In this document: positions 50,956 through 59,914 of the stretch, piece after piece
Layout of the letters: every line of letters begins with the position of its first letter
Numbering within the stretch: the stretch's first letter is position 1
Origin: an uncultured Candidatus Poseidoniales archaeon
Lineage (GTDB): Archaea > Thermoplasmatota > Poseidoniia > Poseidoniales > Thalassarchaeaceae
Assembly: GCA_902593945.1 (NCBI GenBank)
Contig: CACJKA010000005.1
Coordinates: 16,643-80,642, forward strand
DNA length: 64,000 nt
Reading direction: 5' to 3'
Translations under genes and position numbers: made by a program
Notes under the pieces: generated by a model
Told to the model about the DNA's origin: nothing
Databases searched by the model: none
What the model saw: the letters and a program-made list of their open reading frames with translations, nothing else

Positions 50956-51240
50956 TTATGCTATTTCGATAATAATGACTTTCTGTTCATGGCCCCAGAT
51001 CATTTCCCCTGGTTTCTTAAATTGGAAATATTTGGTTGTAAAAGAATCTCCATATTTAGGATGTTCTTTTTCAAATAGAATTACTATTTTATCAGATCCT
51101 AAACGCTCAGCAATAAAGCATTGAGCATTATATCCATCTATCGTTATATTCAATTTATCCAAGGCTCCACTCTTAATTTTATTGATGTGGGCAATCGGTA
51201 TCATTTCTTCAGTTAGCAGTTTTTGTGTAATTTTGGTCAT
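50956..51240 (-). CDS. Hypothetical protein
   Basis: 94-aa ORF with a strong GGAGGA ribosome-binding site upstream. Confidence 0.6.
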   Translation of the reverse strand: MTKITQKLLTEEMIPIAHINKIKSGALDKLNITIDGYNAQCFIAERLGSDKIVILFEKEHPKYGDSFTTKYFQFKKPGEMIWGHEQKVIIIEIA

Positions 51241-51338
51241 ATTATTCCTCCAAACTTGTCAGGACATGGGTCAAATATAAACCACATCAGAAATAATCTT
51301 AAGGTAGTAAAAATGCAATTACACAAAAACGCACTATT

Positions 51339-52685
51339 TCATAATGCTGCTTCATCTTTTGCCAAACTGCCCATTGGATCCCATGCAGGCAATACTACAG
51401 GAGTTGTGCTAAGTCCTTTCTTCATCTTCTCAGTGAGGTAATCTGTAGGTGCTGCAATCTCGAACATATGTTCATCATACCATGAATCATTCATTGTATA
51501 GAACCCTTCTTCCCCACTCTTTTTGGCACCCCATGAGTTCTCAACTCTCCATCTTCTTGGTGCTCCATCAACCACATCAACTCCAGTGAATAACATTGCA
51601 TGTGTCATCATTGTTTGGCTATATCTTAGACGATTTGCCTTATCCATACCAAATTCTGCTCCATATAATTCTGCAAAGTCAAATAATTTAGCATCCCAAA
51701 GTCCTCTTTCTCTATGCATTTGCTTACCTACGTCACACCCCATCCATACTGGTAATCCATCTTCCAATAGCTTCTGAGTAACATTTTTCATTTCCTGACT
51801 TGGTACATTCAAGTAAACAACAGGAGGTCCTCCTGCAACATTCTGTAGATAATCTACAGTATATGTTTGGTAGTATTCGTTCCTCGGATCATTAACAATA
51901 CAAACATAATCTTCCCAGTCCATCTCTACATACTCTTTTGCAAAGTCTTGAGGAGTCATAGGCCCTTTTCTATGGAATTCTCCGTCTTTGTCTTCCCATT
52001 GCCAATCAAATTCTTCTGGAGGAGTTCCTAAATGGATACATAGAATCTTCCAGATATCTTCCACTCTCTTATCCTTGTGTGCTCTAGCATCTTCTACAGT
52101 TCCTCCGTTATCTAATATCTCTCTTAGCTCACTTGCTCCACTTCTTAGAATATCTTTCAGTATAGCATTCATCCATCTGGTGCTAGATGAAGAAATACTC
52201 TCTGGATAAGCAGTCTTTGGCACTAATCCATGTTTTCTAATCAAATTCATAGCCATATTCCATTGCCCACCATCTCCAATCGGGTCACCTAGTAAGAATC
52301 CAATTGTTCTATCATCTAATGGCCTATCCGCTGTATCAATGATTGCTTCAAAGAAATGATTACTTCTTTCGAATTTATCCCAGAAGTGAATATGCGATTG
52401 ACTAAATTCAAAGTTTTTTACATTAAGTTTCTTCATTGTCCCTGGTCTAAAAAGATTCAATGTTGCGAACAACCAGCATCTTCCACTACTCTTTTGATTC
52501 GTTACTTTCCAATCATCTAATTTTATTGAAAATGAAGAATCAATAGCCTGCACCAAGTCTCTGTTTAATGCGACATCTATCAGATTTCCATTAGTTACTG
52601 CATTCTGTGCAACCTTTGCTGCTGGATCATTAGCAAAGTTTTTTCTGAATTGTTTTAGTTGTTTATTTGTAACTGATTCTCCCAT
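51339..52685 (-). CDS. pepC: Aminopeptidase C / bleomycin hydrolase (peptidase C1B)
   Basis: NQKSSGRCWLFA, DGGQW, MTHAM, WRVENSWG, LPAWDPMGSLA motifs. Confidence 0.96.
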   Translation of the reverse strand: MGESVTNKQLKQFRKNFANDPAAKVAQNAVTNGNLIDVALNRDLVQAIDSSFSIKLDDWKVTNQKSSGRCWLFATLNLFRPGTMKKLNVKNFEFSQSHIHFWDKFERSNHFFEAIIDTADRPLDDRTIGFLLGDPIGDGGQWNMAMNLIRKHGLVPKTAYPESISSSSTRWMNAILKDILRSGASELREILDNGGTVEDARAHKDKRVEDIWKILCIHLGTPPEEFDWQWEDKDGEFHRKGPMTPQDFAKEYVEMDWEDYVCIVNDPRNEYYQTYTVDYLQNVAGGPPVVYLNVPSQEMKNVTQKLLEDGLPVWMGCDVGKQMHRERGLWDAKLFDFAELYGAEFGMDKANRLRYSQTMMTHAMLFTGVDVVDGAPRRWRVENSWGAKKSGEEGFYTMNDSWYDEHMFEIAAPTDYLTEKMKKGLSTTPVVLPAWDPMGSLAKDEAAL

Positions 52686-52713
52686 TGGCTCACCTTCTGT
52701 AGGCCTTATCGGA

Positions 52714-52735
52714 TAATGACGACTCTAAGTCATTA
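52714..52735. promoter_or_regulatory. Inverted repeat TAATGAC-N8-GTCATTA upstream of pepC
   Basis: Perfect 7-bp dyad in the 55-bp gap between the GINS-like gene and pepC. Confidence 0.4.
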
Positions 52736-52740
52736 CTTCT

Positions 52741-53712
52741 CTATATCTCAGCAGACTCAGCAAACCCTGCTGCAATTAATGTATCTGCCATGAGTGAGGA
52801 AAAGTTTGCCACCTCGCCCGCAGTCAATTGAATTTCTGTCCCATCTTCATCAATTATTGGATCTACAAGATCTTGTAGAATCCTAATTCTCTTCATGTTG
52901 GACAAATCTCCAATTGGATTGATTTCTTCTATAGAAGTAGCTGAGATTGCCCCAGTAGCTCTTTCTGGAAATTCGTCCATCTGTCTTATTCTATCTTCTT
53001 CGTCTAATTCAGGTTCGTTCCATATCTCTTGAGTTGAAGTGGGTGGAGATACAGTTTGACTTGATTCTGATGCATCTTCTTCTGAATCATTAAATTCTGT
53101 TAAGACTGCATTACCTCCAAGATTAGGCTTTTTGATTGCTTCAGGTTTTCCTCCGTGAAGCATACTATCCCACGACACATCATTCTTGTATTTCTCAACC
53201 AATCTTTCAACTCCTGTGTAGTAGATTCTTTCGGAAGGGTCGTGTCTTTGCCAATTTAATGGTGGTACTTGATTTTCATTCTGCTTTCCATTCGGCATTT
53301 TTACAAGATTACTCAAGATAGCATGTTGAGCAAATGCATTCATTCTCAACCTAGTCAGGTCAGATACAGATGTTCTGGCAACACCTAGTCTACGTGTTTG
53401 AAGCTGAGTCTTAGCATTCATCCCTTCGTTTCTTATTGTCTCAGCCAACTCATTTTCTAAATTAGTTAATAGTTGACGTATTGACGACCAAAAATTTGGT
53501 ATTGTGATTTCTTTGGGCACATTAGGGCTAGACTTTTGTTGCCTAGTTAATTCAAAAAGGGCCTTTTCGACAACAATTAGTTGCTGCTTCGTCAATCTTG
53601 ATGAAGTGCTTTCGTCAATCATATGAGCAACCTGACTTACGGCAGACAGAGGAAGGCCATGAATGATTCCTTTGTTTATCTTCTTTCTAGTCTCTTCATC
53701 CGTTGAACTCAA
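52741..53712 (-). CDS. GINS (Gins51/Gins15-like) replication protein
   Basis: Helical N-terminal region, acidic linker, and C-terminal B-domain-like RIRILQDL..IIDEDG..LTAGEV...ADTLIAAGFAE. Confidence 0.65.
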   Translation of the reverse strand: MSSTDEETRKKINKGIIHGLPLSAVSQVAHMIDESTSSRLTKQQLIVVEKALFELTRQQKSSPNVPKEITIPNFWSSIRQLLTNLENELAETIRNEGMNAKTQLQTRRLGVARTSVSDLTRLRMNAFAQHAILSNLVKMPNGKQNENQVPPLNWQRHDPSERIYYTGVERLVEKYKNDVSWDSMLHGGKPEAIKKPNLGGNAVLTEFNDSEEDASESSQTVSPPTSTQEIWNEPELDEEDRIRQMDEFPERATGAISATSIEEINPIGDLSNMKRIRILQDLVDPIIDEDGTEIQLTAGEVANFSSLMADTLIAAGFAESAEI

Positions 53713-53736
53713 TAAGAAAAAACCTCTCCGAGGCTC

Positions 53737-53821
53737 GCAGGTGTACCCGAGTGGTCAAAGGGGTCGGGCTCAAGTTCCGATGCGTAGAGCTTCGCAGGTT
53801 CGAATCCTGCCTCCTGCACCA
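53737..53821 (+). tRNA. tRNA-Leu (CAA)
   Basis: GCAGGTG...TCGGG-CTCAAGT-TCCGA, variable arm, GGTTCGAATCC, CTCCTGC-A-CCA. Confidence 0.93.
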
Positions 53822-53824
53822 TCT

Positions 53825-54547
53825 TCAACTTCTAGACATAATGAATTGTTCTAAGAATTCGATTGTACCTAGTGTTCCTTTTGCTTCTGTCAAGTAATCA
53901 GCTGCTTCTGCCACTCCTTTGAATTCATTATTAACCGCAACTGCAAACCCACACAATTCGAACATTGGAATATCATTGGAAGCATCTCCGACAGCAATGA
54001 CTTTCTTTGGATCAATTCCTCTCTGTTCAAATGCGACCCTAAGGCCACTAGATTTGTTCAATCCTTCTTCTGTAATATGTACCGCAAATCCTGTTGGAAC
54101 AACTTGTAAATCTGGCCATCTAGATGTTTTCAATGCTTTTCTCATTCTTTCATAATTTTCAGTGTCAAGTAAACACCACTCTGTTTCTCTCCAGCGATTT
54201 GTTTCTATTCCTTTAGGATCTAATCCTTCTATCTGTGTTGCTAACCACTCCGCAGCATCTCTGGCTCTTTTCCCATCAGCTAGACATCTAATTGGAAAAC
54301 CTGCCTTAGTGTCCCAAACCATTCCTCCATTTTCTCCCACGACAAAGCCACTGACAGCCAACACTTGTTGAATTGGAGTTACATTTGGTAAAGTTCTACC
54401 TGATGCTAAAGAAACCGTAATACCCATTTCTTCTATCTTCCTAATTAGAGGAATTAATTCAGGCTGAAAACCATCTAAATCAAGAAGAGTTCCATCAATA
54501 TCGAAGACAATCATTTCCCAATCATCGCCCTCCGGTAACTTACTCAT
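53825..54547 (-). CDS. HAD-IIB hydrolase, archaeal phosphoglycolate phosphatase-like
   Basis: FDIDGTL, LASGR, GENGG, NKSSG, VGDASND motifs. Confidence 0.88.
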   Translation of the reverse strand: MSKLPEGDDWEMIVFDIDGTLLDLDGFQPELIPLIRKIEEMGITVSLASGRTLPNVTPIQQVLAVSGFVVGENGGMVWDTKAGFPIRCLADGKRARDAAEWLATQIEGLDPKGIETNRWRETEWCLLDTENYERMRKALKTSRWPDLQVVPTGFAVHITEEGLNKSSGLRVAFEQRGIDPKKVIAVGDASNDIPMFELCGFAVAVNNEFKGVAEAADYLTEAKGTLGTIEFLEQFIMSRS

Positions 54548-54633
54548 ATACTTGCGAAAAGGTCCTATCTCATCATCTCATCGTTCATACTTTACCCAGT
54601 CATATTCAAGGATGATACACTAGTCCCAATGCC

Positions 54634-57315
54634 ATGGAAGATGAGGATTTCCTAATTCTCGACGATGATGACGAGTCTGAATCATCTATTCCTGCAAATA
54701 AATCTGCTTCTGAAAAAATAATTAATTTGGATTCTAAAGAAATTATTTCAGGCATCTCAAAAACAGTTGGAGATAAAATTATTCAGTTTAAAGAATCTAA
54801 TGAATTAAAGAAGATTTTAGATGATGGTAAAGAGAATTTGATTTCATTTTCTAGAAGTGCCGATAATTTATTTGATACAGACTTAGTCATCGATGGAAGT
54901 TATGAAATTGAATGGGACATTGATGGTATGGACTGTGCAGATTGTGCAATGAAAGCAACCAGGGCAGTAAACCGACTTCCAGGAATTCACAAAGTCAATG
55001 TATCAGTTACTGAAGGAAATGTACGATTCAATCTAGATATGGTCAAAGGCAGAGTTTCTCGTGTTAATTCAGTACTGGAAAGTTTAGGGCATAACCCAAA
55101 AATAGCTTGGCAAGCAGTCTCAGGGCTTACTCCCGGTCGTGCCGCAAGTAATCTTGGGATAGATAGGAACACACTTAGGCATGCATTACTTGAGGTTCCT
55201 GGAATAATTAATATTAGATTTGAAGAAGGTAAAATAGAACTTCAGATGATAGAATTTAATTCTTTAAAATTGCAAGAAATCTCTGATGAGAGAATATCAC
55301 AATTACTCGGTGAAAATTTGAAGTTAGAGAAATCCATCAGTTCAAAACTCAGGCCTGATCAAGTACAACTTCTTTCAGCTGTTTTTACAATTCCATTATT
55401 ATTTGGAGTGATAGCAATAGAAGAATTACCTACAATTCCCAATAATACTGCATTATTATTGGCAGTTATTGGAATTTCATTTGCAGGATTACCAATGCTA
55501 AGAAAAGCCGCTTCTAGTATTAGGAATAGGGTTCTTGGTTTCCAAGTTTTAACATCTTTAGCGGTAATTGGCGCTATGATAATGCAAGAATATGTGGAAG
55601 CTCTCCTAGTTACTGGATTAGTAGCGTTTGCATCTCATCTTGAAGAAATTGCTTTGGTTAGAGCTAGAAATGCTATGCAGGGGGGACTAGATAGACTTCC
55701 TAGGCTAGCCCGACTTTCTTCTGATAGCGAGAAAATCTCAAATGAACAAGATTGGGTACCGATTCAAGCATTGAGTGTTGGAGACCTAGTCGAAATAAGA
55801 TCAGGAGAAGTAGCTCCTGTTGATGGAATTATTATTGATGGAACTGGAGAAATTGATCGTGCACCATTAACTGGCGAACCGATTCCTATTGGTGTATCTA
55901 AAGGAGATAGTGTTGAAGCTGGATTAGTATTGGTCAGAGGCCCGATTATTGTAAAATGTGAAGCGATTGGGGACTCGACTAGATTGGCTAGTTTAATTGA
56001 TTTAGTACGTAATTTCCGTGAGATGCCCACCAAAACCCAAACTACAATTGAACGTTTTACTACAGTCTGGGTACCATTAGTATTGATTGGCTCTCTTGTT
56101 TATGGTTTGGTTGCCAAAGATTTTGTCACAACTCTAGTATTGTGGGTTGTTTCTTGTCCCTGTGCTTTACTTCTAGCCGCACCAGTCCCTCATGCAACAG
56201 CACTTTCAGCAGCTTCAGCATCAGGTTTAGTGGCAAGAGGGGGAGATGTTCTTGAATCAGCAGCTTCTATTGAACTTGCATTATTAGATAAAACTGGGAC
56301 ATTAACTACAGGTCGTCCAAAAATCGGGGAGTTTGTATGTAATAATGGTCAGAATAGAGACAATATTCTTGCGATTGTTTCAGCACTAGAAAAACGTTCT
56401 AATCACCCTTACGCACGAGCAATAATTTCCTTAGCAGAAGTATCAGAAATAAAACCAAAGAGAGTTACTGGTATCACAGATGGAGATGCAGGAGTTTCAG
56501 GTAAATTAAGTGGTAAAGAATTAATCTTTGGAAGAGTTGATTGGTTGATATCTCAGAACGTTGAGATTTCAGATGAAGTACAACAAGTTTTAGATTCGGC
56601 TCAGAAGAAAGGCCATGGGGTTAGTGTCCTATCTCTAGAGGGTAAGTCAGTGGCTGCTTTCACCTTCATTCATGATGATGCTAGAGACGGCGTTTTAGAA
56701 ATGGTCCAGTCATTACAGAAAGAAGGAATAATTGTAGAGATTCTTAGTGGAGATGAACAATCCTCAGTAGAGTCTTTTGCCAAAAAAATTGGGATAGATC
56801 CAAATATCTGTAGAGGTAATGTTGACCCAGAAGGCAAAGCTCAATGGGTCATGGATAGAAGTAAGGCACGTAAAACTCTCATGGCTGGCGATGGATTCAA
56901 CGATGCCGGTGCATTGGCAGCAGCAAATATTGGAGTAGCAGTGGGTAGTGGTGATCAAGTAAATCTAGAAGCAGCAGATGTATTAATTCCAGGTGATGAT
57001 CCTAGAGCTATAATTAGTTTAATTCAACTTGCTAAGAGGACGAAGATGATTGTAAATATTAATATTATAATCTCAGTAGTTGTTACTCTAATCCTAGTCG
57101 CTACTACATTGGCCGGTTACAACACAAGTATTGCAGCGGGAATTGCAATCCATGAAGCAAGTGCTTTCTTGGTAATTATTAATGGAATGTTCGTTTCTAG
57201 TAACAGCGGTAATAATCGCAGAATAACAGTATTAGTCAATCTTATCAGAGATTTGGTTAATGACCTTAAGGAAGCATTTATCGCACTTTACAAGACCAAT
57301 AATACGACCGCTTGA
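54634..57315 (+). CDS. Heavy-metal translocating P1B-type ATPase
   Basis: GMDCADC (HMA), LTGEP, SCPCAL, DKTGTLT, HP, GDGFNDA and TM8 HEAS motifs. Confidence 0.93.
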   Translation: MEDEDFLILDDDDESESSIPANKSASEKIINLDSKEIISGISKTVGDKIIQFKESNELKKILDDGKENLISFSRSADNLFDTDLVIDGSYEIEWDIDGMDCADCAMKATRAVNRLPGIHKVNVSVTEGNVRFNLDMVKGRVSRVNSVLESLGHNPKIAWQAVSGLTPGRAASNLGIDRNTLRHALLEVPGIINIRFEEGKIELQMIEFNSLKLQEISDERISQLLGENLKLEKSISSKLRPDQVQLLSAVFTIPLLFGVIAIEELPTIPNNTALLLAVIGISFAGLPMLRKAASSIRNRVLGFQVLTSLAVIGAMIMQEYVEALLVTGLVAFASHLEEIALVRARNAMQGGLDRLPRLARLSSDSEKISNEQDWVPIQALSVGDLVEIRSGEVAPVDGIIIDGTGEIDRAPLTGEPIPIGVSKGDSVEAGLVLVRGPIIVKCEAIGDSTRLASLIDLVRNFREMPTKTQTTIERFTTVWVPLVLIGSLVYGLVAKDFVTTLVLWVVSCPCALLLAAPVPHATALSAASASGLVARGGDVLESAASIELALLDKTGTLTTGRPKIGEFVCNNGQNRDNILAIVSALEKRSNHPYARAIISLAEVSEIKPKRVTGITDGDAGVSGKLSGKELIFGRVDWLISQNVEISDEVQQVLDSAQKKGHGVSVLSLEGKSVAAFTFIHDDARDGVLEMVQSLQKEGIIVEILSGDEQSSVESFAKKIGIDPNICRGNVDPEGKAQWVMDRSKARKTLMAGDGFNDAGALAAANIGVAVGSGDQVNLEAADVLIPGDDPRAIISLIQLAKRTKMIVNINIIISVVVTLILVATTLAGYNTSIAAGIAIHEASAFLVIINGMFVSSNSGNNRRITVLVNLIRDLVNDLKEAFIALYKTNNTTA

Positions 57316-57340
57316 TAACCAATAAGGGGTAGCGAGGGAT

Positions 57341-57733
57341 ATGTCCGATTCAGTAGAGGTCGAGTCGAAACACGCAGCCCCTTTGGCAGAATGTGCACAT
57401 TGCAACCATATGTTACCACCAGGTTTAGGTGAAATCCAGTGTGAAATATGTGGGGCAATTTGTCGTGTTTCACATCAACCTACTGTCGATGCCTTGATCG
57501 AAGAAACAGTTCCTTGCCCTCATTGCAATATGATTGTGGTTGCTGGTACTGAAGAAAGGCCTGTAGCCCTAACATGTAGTGGTTGTTCTGGTGTTTTTAC
57601 TTTGACTGCAAAGGTTGTGAAGGTGGAAATAGAGTGCCCAGCTTGTGAAAGAAAACTACGTATTCGCCCACGTCCAGGAACTCGTCAGCTAGATTGTCCT
57701 GCGTGTGATTCCGCATTTAATGTGACATTTTGA
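57341..57733 (+). CDS. Triple zinc-ribbon protein
   Basis: Six CxxC motifs arranged as three repeated CxxC-x12/13-CxxC units. Confidence 0.8.
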   Translation: MSDSVEVESKHAAPLAECAHCNHMLPPGLGEIQCEICGAICRVSHQPTVDALIEETVPCPHCNMIVVAGTEERPVALTCSGCSGVFTLTAKVVKVEIECPACERKLRIRPRPGTRQLDCPACDSAFNVTF

Positions 57734-57852
57734 AGTAACAAAATTCTATTCTGTGTATTCTTCAAACCCTAACAAAACAGGGATTATGGTGAGATTTACA
57801 ACCATCGCTATCATATAGTCAAGAAATACCGTAAAGATGGGGATGGGTACCC

Positions 57853-58953
57853 ATGAGTGAAAGCAAGTCGCCAAAAGGGAATGATACCGAAGGTATCGAT
57901 GAACTTTCTAGCCTTCGCGCTCAGCATGTTCTCTCTGCATCTTCTACTATGGATTCAGTAGCCAGAGCTCGTGACAGATTAGATGAAGAATCAAAATTAA
58001 GATCTGGTATCCGCAGAGAAAGAAGAATGCGTATTGCAGAGATGACAGAGCGAGTATCAGGAATGCACGGTGCAATAAGAAAAGCCAATGAAATTTTATT
58101 TGAAGAACAGCTTCAAAATATTGAAGCTGATTTAAGGGCAGGTCTTGAAGAAGAAATGGAGAGACTTGAAACCGAAGCTCTGGAAAGAGAAGAAAGAATT
58201 CTTCGTGAAGAAATGCTTCACCGTTTACGCCGTGAAGAAAATCGCCTTAGAGAACAACTTGACTTGGAAAGAGATAGGCGTATAGAGGCACATACGTCGA
58301 AATTACGAAACCGATTAAAGTCTGAAATGGAAGTAGAACTTACTCGTAGACAGGCATTTTTGAGTGAAAGATTAGAGTTAGAAGCGAATCAAGATGTTGA
58401 GCGAATGGAAAGAAGAGTTGAGATGGATCTTCGTGAAGTTATGGAATCACAAGTCCATCGAAAGGTAGAGGCTTACCGTTTAGATCAAGAAATTCAAATG
58501 AGAGAAAGGCTTGCTGAAGCAAGAAAGGCTAGAGAATCAGAATTAGATAAGCAACTGAAAGTTGAGCGCAAATCGTTAGAGAAGGAGATGTTAACAGATG
58601 TCGACGTTAGAATCAAGTCTCTTGAAGAAGAAGCAGAACAAAATGCTTTATCAGACCTTGATAGAAGATTCAGAGCCGAAAGAAAAACAATGGAAGCAGC
58701 GTTATCACTACGTCGCCAAGAATTAGCATTAGAAAGCGAAGTTGAAATGGAGCAGAGAGTTGCTAATTTCGCTAAAGAGAGAGAAACGGAATTACTCAAT
58801 ACTCTTGAAGAACAATTTTCTAAGAGGACTGACATTTCAAAGAAAGAAGTTAGTGAGATAATGAAATCTCTAGAATCTCAACTGAAGGTTAAATGGGAAA
58901 AAATAATCTTAGACGCTAAACAAACAACTCTCGAAAGAGTTAGTGAAGATTAG
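57853..58953 (+). CDS. E/R-rich long coiled-coil protein
   Basis: About 340 aa of continuous charged helix, almost no Pro or Gly; GGGGATG Shine-Dalgarno. Confidence 0.8.
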   Translation: MSESKSPKGNDTEGIDELSSLRAQHVLSASSTMDSVARARDRLDEESKLRSGIRRERRMRIAEMTERVSGMHGAIRKANEILFEEQLQNIEADLRAGLEEEMERLETEALEREERILREEMLHRLRREENRLREQLDLERDRRIEAHTSKLRNRLKSEMEVELTRRQAFLSERLELEANQDVERMERRVEMDLREVMESQVHRKVEAYRLDQEIQMRERLAEARKARESELDKQLKVERKSLEKEMLTDVDVRIKSLEEEAEQNALSDLDRRFRAERKTMEAALSLRRQELALESEVEMEQRVANFAKERETELLNTLEEQFSKRTDISKKEVSEIMKSLESQLKVKWEKIILDAKQTTLERVSED

Positions 58954-59858
58954 TTTCCTTGAATTCTTTGAATTCTTAAGTCTGCTTCTTTTGCAAAATC
59001 CCATAGATTCTGACTAGCTGGATTTGATTTATTTGGCTTTTTGGCGATTACAATTGGTGCTCCTTCTAATGGTGATTCCGCTATAGATATGGATCTAGCA
59101 ATCTGAGTTGTGAATACTCGTTCGCCGAAATGCTTCCTTGCTTGTTCGGTAACTGTTTCACATAATTTACTTCGAGTTTGTACCATGGTGAGTACAATTC
59201 CTAACAATCTTAAGTCTGGATTAACTGCTTTTTGAACCTCTTTTATCATATTAATCAATTGTCCCATTCCTTCCAGAGCATAGAACTCTGCTTGTATAGG
59301 AATTAGTACCCACTGGGCCGCAGTTAACGCATTTGTAGTTAATAATCCGAGAGAGGCTGGCGTATCAATTATGATCACATCGAAGTGTTCCTCGGCTTGA
59401 ACTAGAACTGACTTCAATCTAGCCTCCCTACCAAATCTTGTAGCCAAGTCTATTTCAACTCCTGAAAGATCTAGGTCAGCAGGTAGGATCCATAAATTGT
59501 TGATTGCAATTTCTTTTGGCGGCCCTCTCTTTTTCTCTGGATTATGTTTTCTCCAAGATTTCTTCATTGATTGAGTTAGATTACCTGGACCGAGAAGACA
59601 TTGGTTTAGACTAACTTGTGTTCCATCAATACCTCCTTTGAATAACTCATTCATTGTTGGTCCAAGTGTTCTCTTGTCTATTCCAAATGTTGTAGCAACG
59701 TTTCCTTTAGGATCTAAATCAATGAGTAAAACACGTCTTGCTTTGATTCCCATTTCTACATTACCAGTGGCAAGAGAGGATGCTAAATTTACTGCAGTAG
59801 TAGTCTTCGAACAACCACCTTTGTGATTGACAACTGCGATTACTACTGGCTTCGCCAT
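58950..59858 (-). CDS. parA: Second ParA/Soj family ATPase
   Basis: NHKGGCSKTTT, IDLDPKGN, IIDTPASLGL, IPIQAEFYALEG motifs. Start placed at ATG 59858. Confidence 0.9.
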   Translation of the reverse strand: MAKPVVIAVVNHKGGCSKTTTAVNLASSLATGNVEMGIKARRVLLIDLDPKGNVATTFGIDKRTLGPTMNELFKGGIDGTQVSLNQCLLGPGNLTQSMKKSWRKHNPEKKRGPPKEIAINNLWILPADLDLSGVEIDLATRFGREARLKSVLVQAEEHFDVIIIDTPASLGLLTTNALTAAQWVLIPIQAEFYALEGMGQLINMIKEVQKAVNPDLRLLGIVLTMVQTRSKLCETVTEQARKHFGERVFTTQIARSISIAESPLEGAPIVIAKKPNKSNPASQNLWDFAKEADLRIQRIQGN

Positions 59859-59914
59859 GTTCTCCACTAATGCTCTGGGAAGACTGAAGGTGTTCAATCC
59901 TGTTGGCTAAATTC

